Assembly: GCA_051294375.1 (NCBI GenBank)
Contig: CM119267.1
Coordinates: 4,974,558-5,038,557 of the forward strand
Length of the DNA: 64,000 nucleotides
Direction of reading: 5' to 3'
Origin: Paraspadella gotoi
Taxonomy: Eukaryota; Animalia; Chaetognatha
Shown here: positions 62,938 through 64,000 of the stretch, piece after piece
Numbering within the stretch: position 1 is the first letter of the stretch
How the letters are laid out: each line of letters begins with the position of its first letter
Position numbers and translations under genes: made by a program
Notes under the pieces: model-generated
What the model saw: only the letters and a program-made list of their open reading frames with translations
Database searches by the model: none
Told to the model about the DNA's origin: nothing

Positions 62938-64000
62938 GAGGAGAGAGAGAGGAAATAAAATTTAATCGAATAACCCGAATCAATTCAAATCCGAAGCATT
63001 CGAGTGCATTCCAACATCGAGAAAATAAAACACTTGACAACAAAGAAATTTTTCGCTGAAAATTCCGAGTTTGTTTTAATCTTGGGGGTTCCTTCCTTCT
63101 TCCGCCGGAGGGGCTCTCAGGGGGGTTGGGGAGGGTACAGGGGCGGAGTGGGGGTGGAGTTGGGGTAGGGGGGCGTTGTTAAGGGGTAGGGGGGCGAGGA
63201 TATTTGATTTCCGGTTTTTTTTTCGGAAACTCAAGAGTTGAACCTTTTTTTTTTTTTTGCCATTTCTTCTTTCTGTTCCGGTGATGACGACGAGGCATTG
63301 AAAGTGAAATGGGGTGTTGACTGTTGAGGATTTGGGGTGTTGAAGGATAAACAATTTTAAATATTGGGGTTTTAAGGATTAATTTTTTTAATACCCAACT
63401 CGTTGGGATGAAGACAATTTTTTTTCCGTTGTTTGTGGCAAGCGTTTTCCTTTTGAAAATGCGAAACCTCAGGTTCGATGAGAAAAGTTAAAAACTTCAT
63501 ATTACAGATACAAGGATAGAAATTGTCTGCTTTCAGCGTCTGTTAAGGTTTCGCGTTATAGTTATCACAAGAATGGTATACATATTGAACAAACGTAATG
63601 TGCATATGTGACATTTCGCAAGGATCGTTCGTGTAACATAGATATACAGTAGTTACGTTACGTGGAAAGAGCGTCAAGGAACGACAAAGAAGCCACAACG
63701 AAAGCGATAAAGACGCCACGAAAAAGACTCTCAGAAACCCTCAACCAAAAAGAGAGAGAGAAGAACGAGGAATTTTTTCTTTTCCCGCCATAATAAATTT
63801 TTGGGAGGAGACGAAAGTGGCGCTGGGTAGGTGGCGCTCGCAATCGTCCGTTACGCGGCGTTGTTCGTCGAGTGGAAAGGGCGGCGTCTTTTTTGCAGTC
63901 TTATTTTTGTATGATTTTTTTATAAGGGATTCGAGTGGTAAAACTATCAAGTCATCTAACGTTTAAATTTTTCTTTCGATAAGAAACTTATTTTCTAATA
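61276..64000. repeat. Patchwork of redundant fragments: 61276-61555 (= ~53192-53470), 61581-62495 (inverted ~53050-53950), 62540-62768 (= ~53950-54165), 62780-64000 (= ~42140-43330)
   Basis: Direct sequence identity by eye, with junctions at N gaps. Confidence 0.85.

Overview
Repeat-rich animal (probably invertebrate; species not identifiable from this window) nuclear DNA from a draft assembly. It has eight 25-N gaps, one 211-N gap, and several stretches that look like unpolished, insertion-rich long reads duplicating neighbouring sequence. Most ORFs in the supplied track are translations of (GA)n, (GAC)n or A/G low-complexity tracts. One well-supported protein gene: a 4-exon gene (39897-42022, +) encoding a 239-aa secreted precursor with a signal peptide, two acidic pro-segments, RxxR/RR/KR processing sites and four related Cys-containing modules. 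I do not recognise the family; it looks like a toxin, defence or pheromone polyprotein. Just upstream are an intact tRNA-Asp(GTC) and an internally deleted tRNA-Ala(AGC) pseudogene. Mobile DNA: a 934-bp deleted hAT element (14-bp TIRs, 8-bp TSD, dimerisation-domain remnant), Helentron/DINE-1-like HINEs, a tRNA-headed SINE-like family that unusually carries ~55 bp of conserved upstream sequence, a MITE-like element enclosing TTAGGG-like repeats, a degraded CR1/L2-type LINE, and minisatellites. Fragments of further genes (FN3-like, coiled-coil-like) are visible but corrupted by indels.
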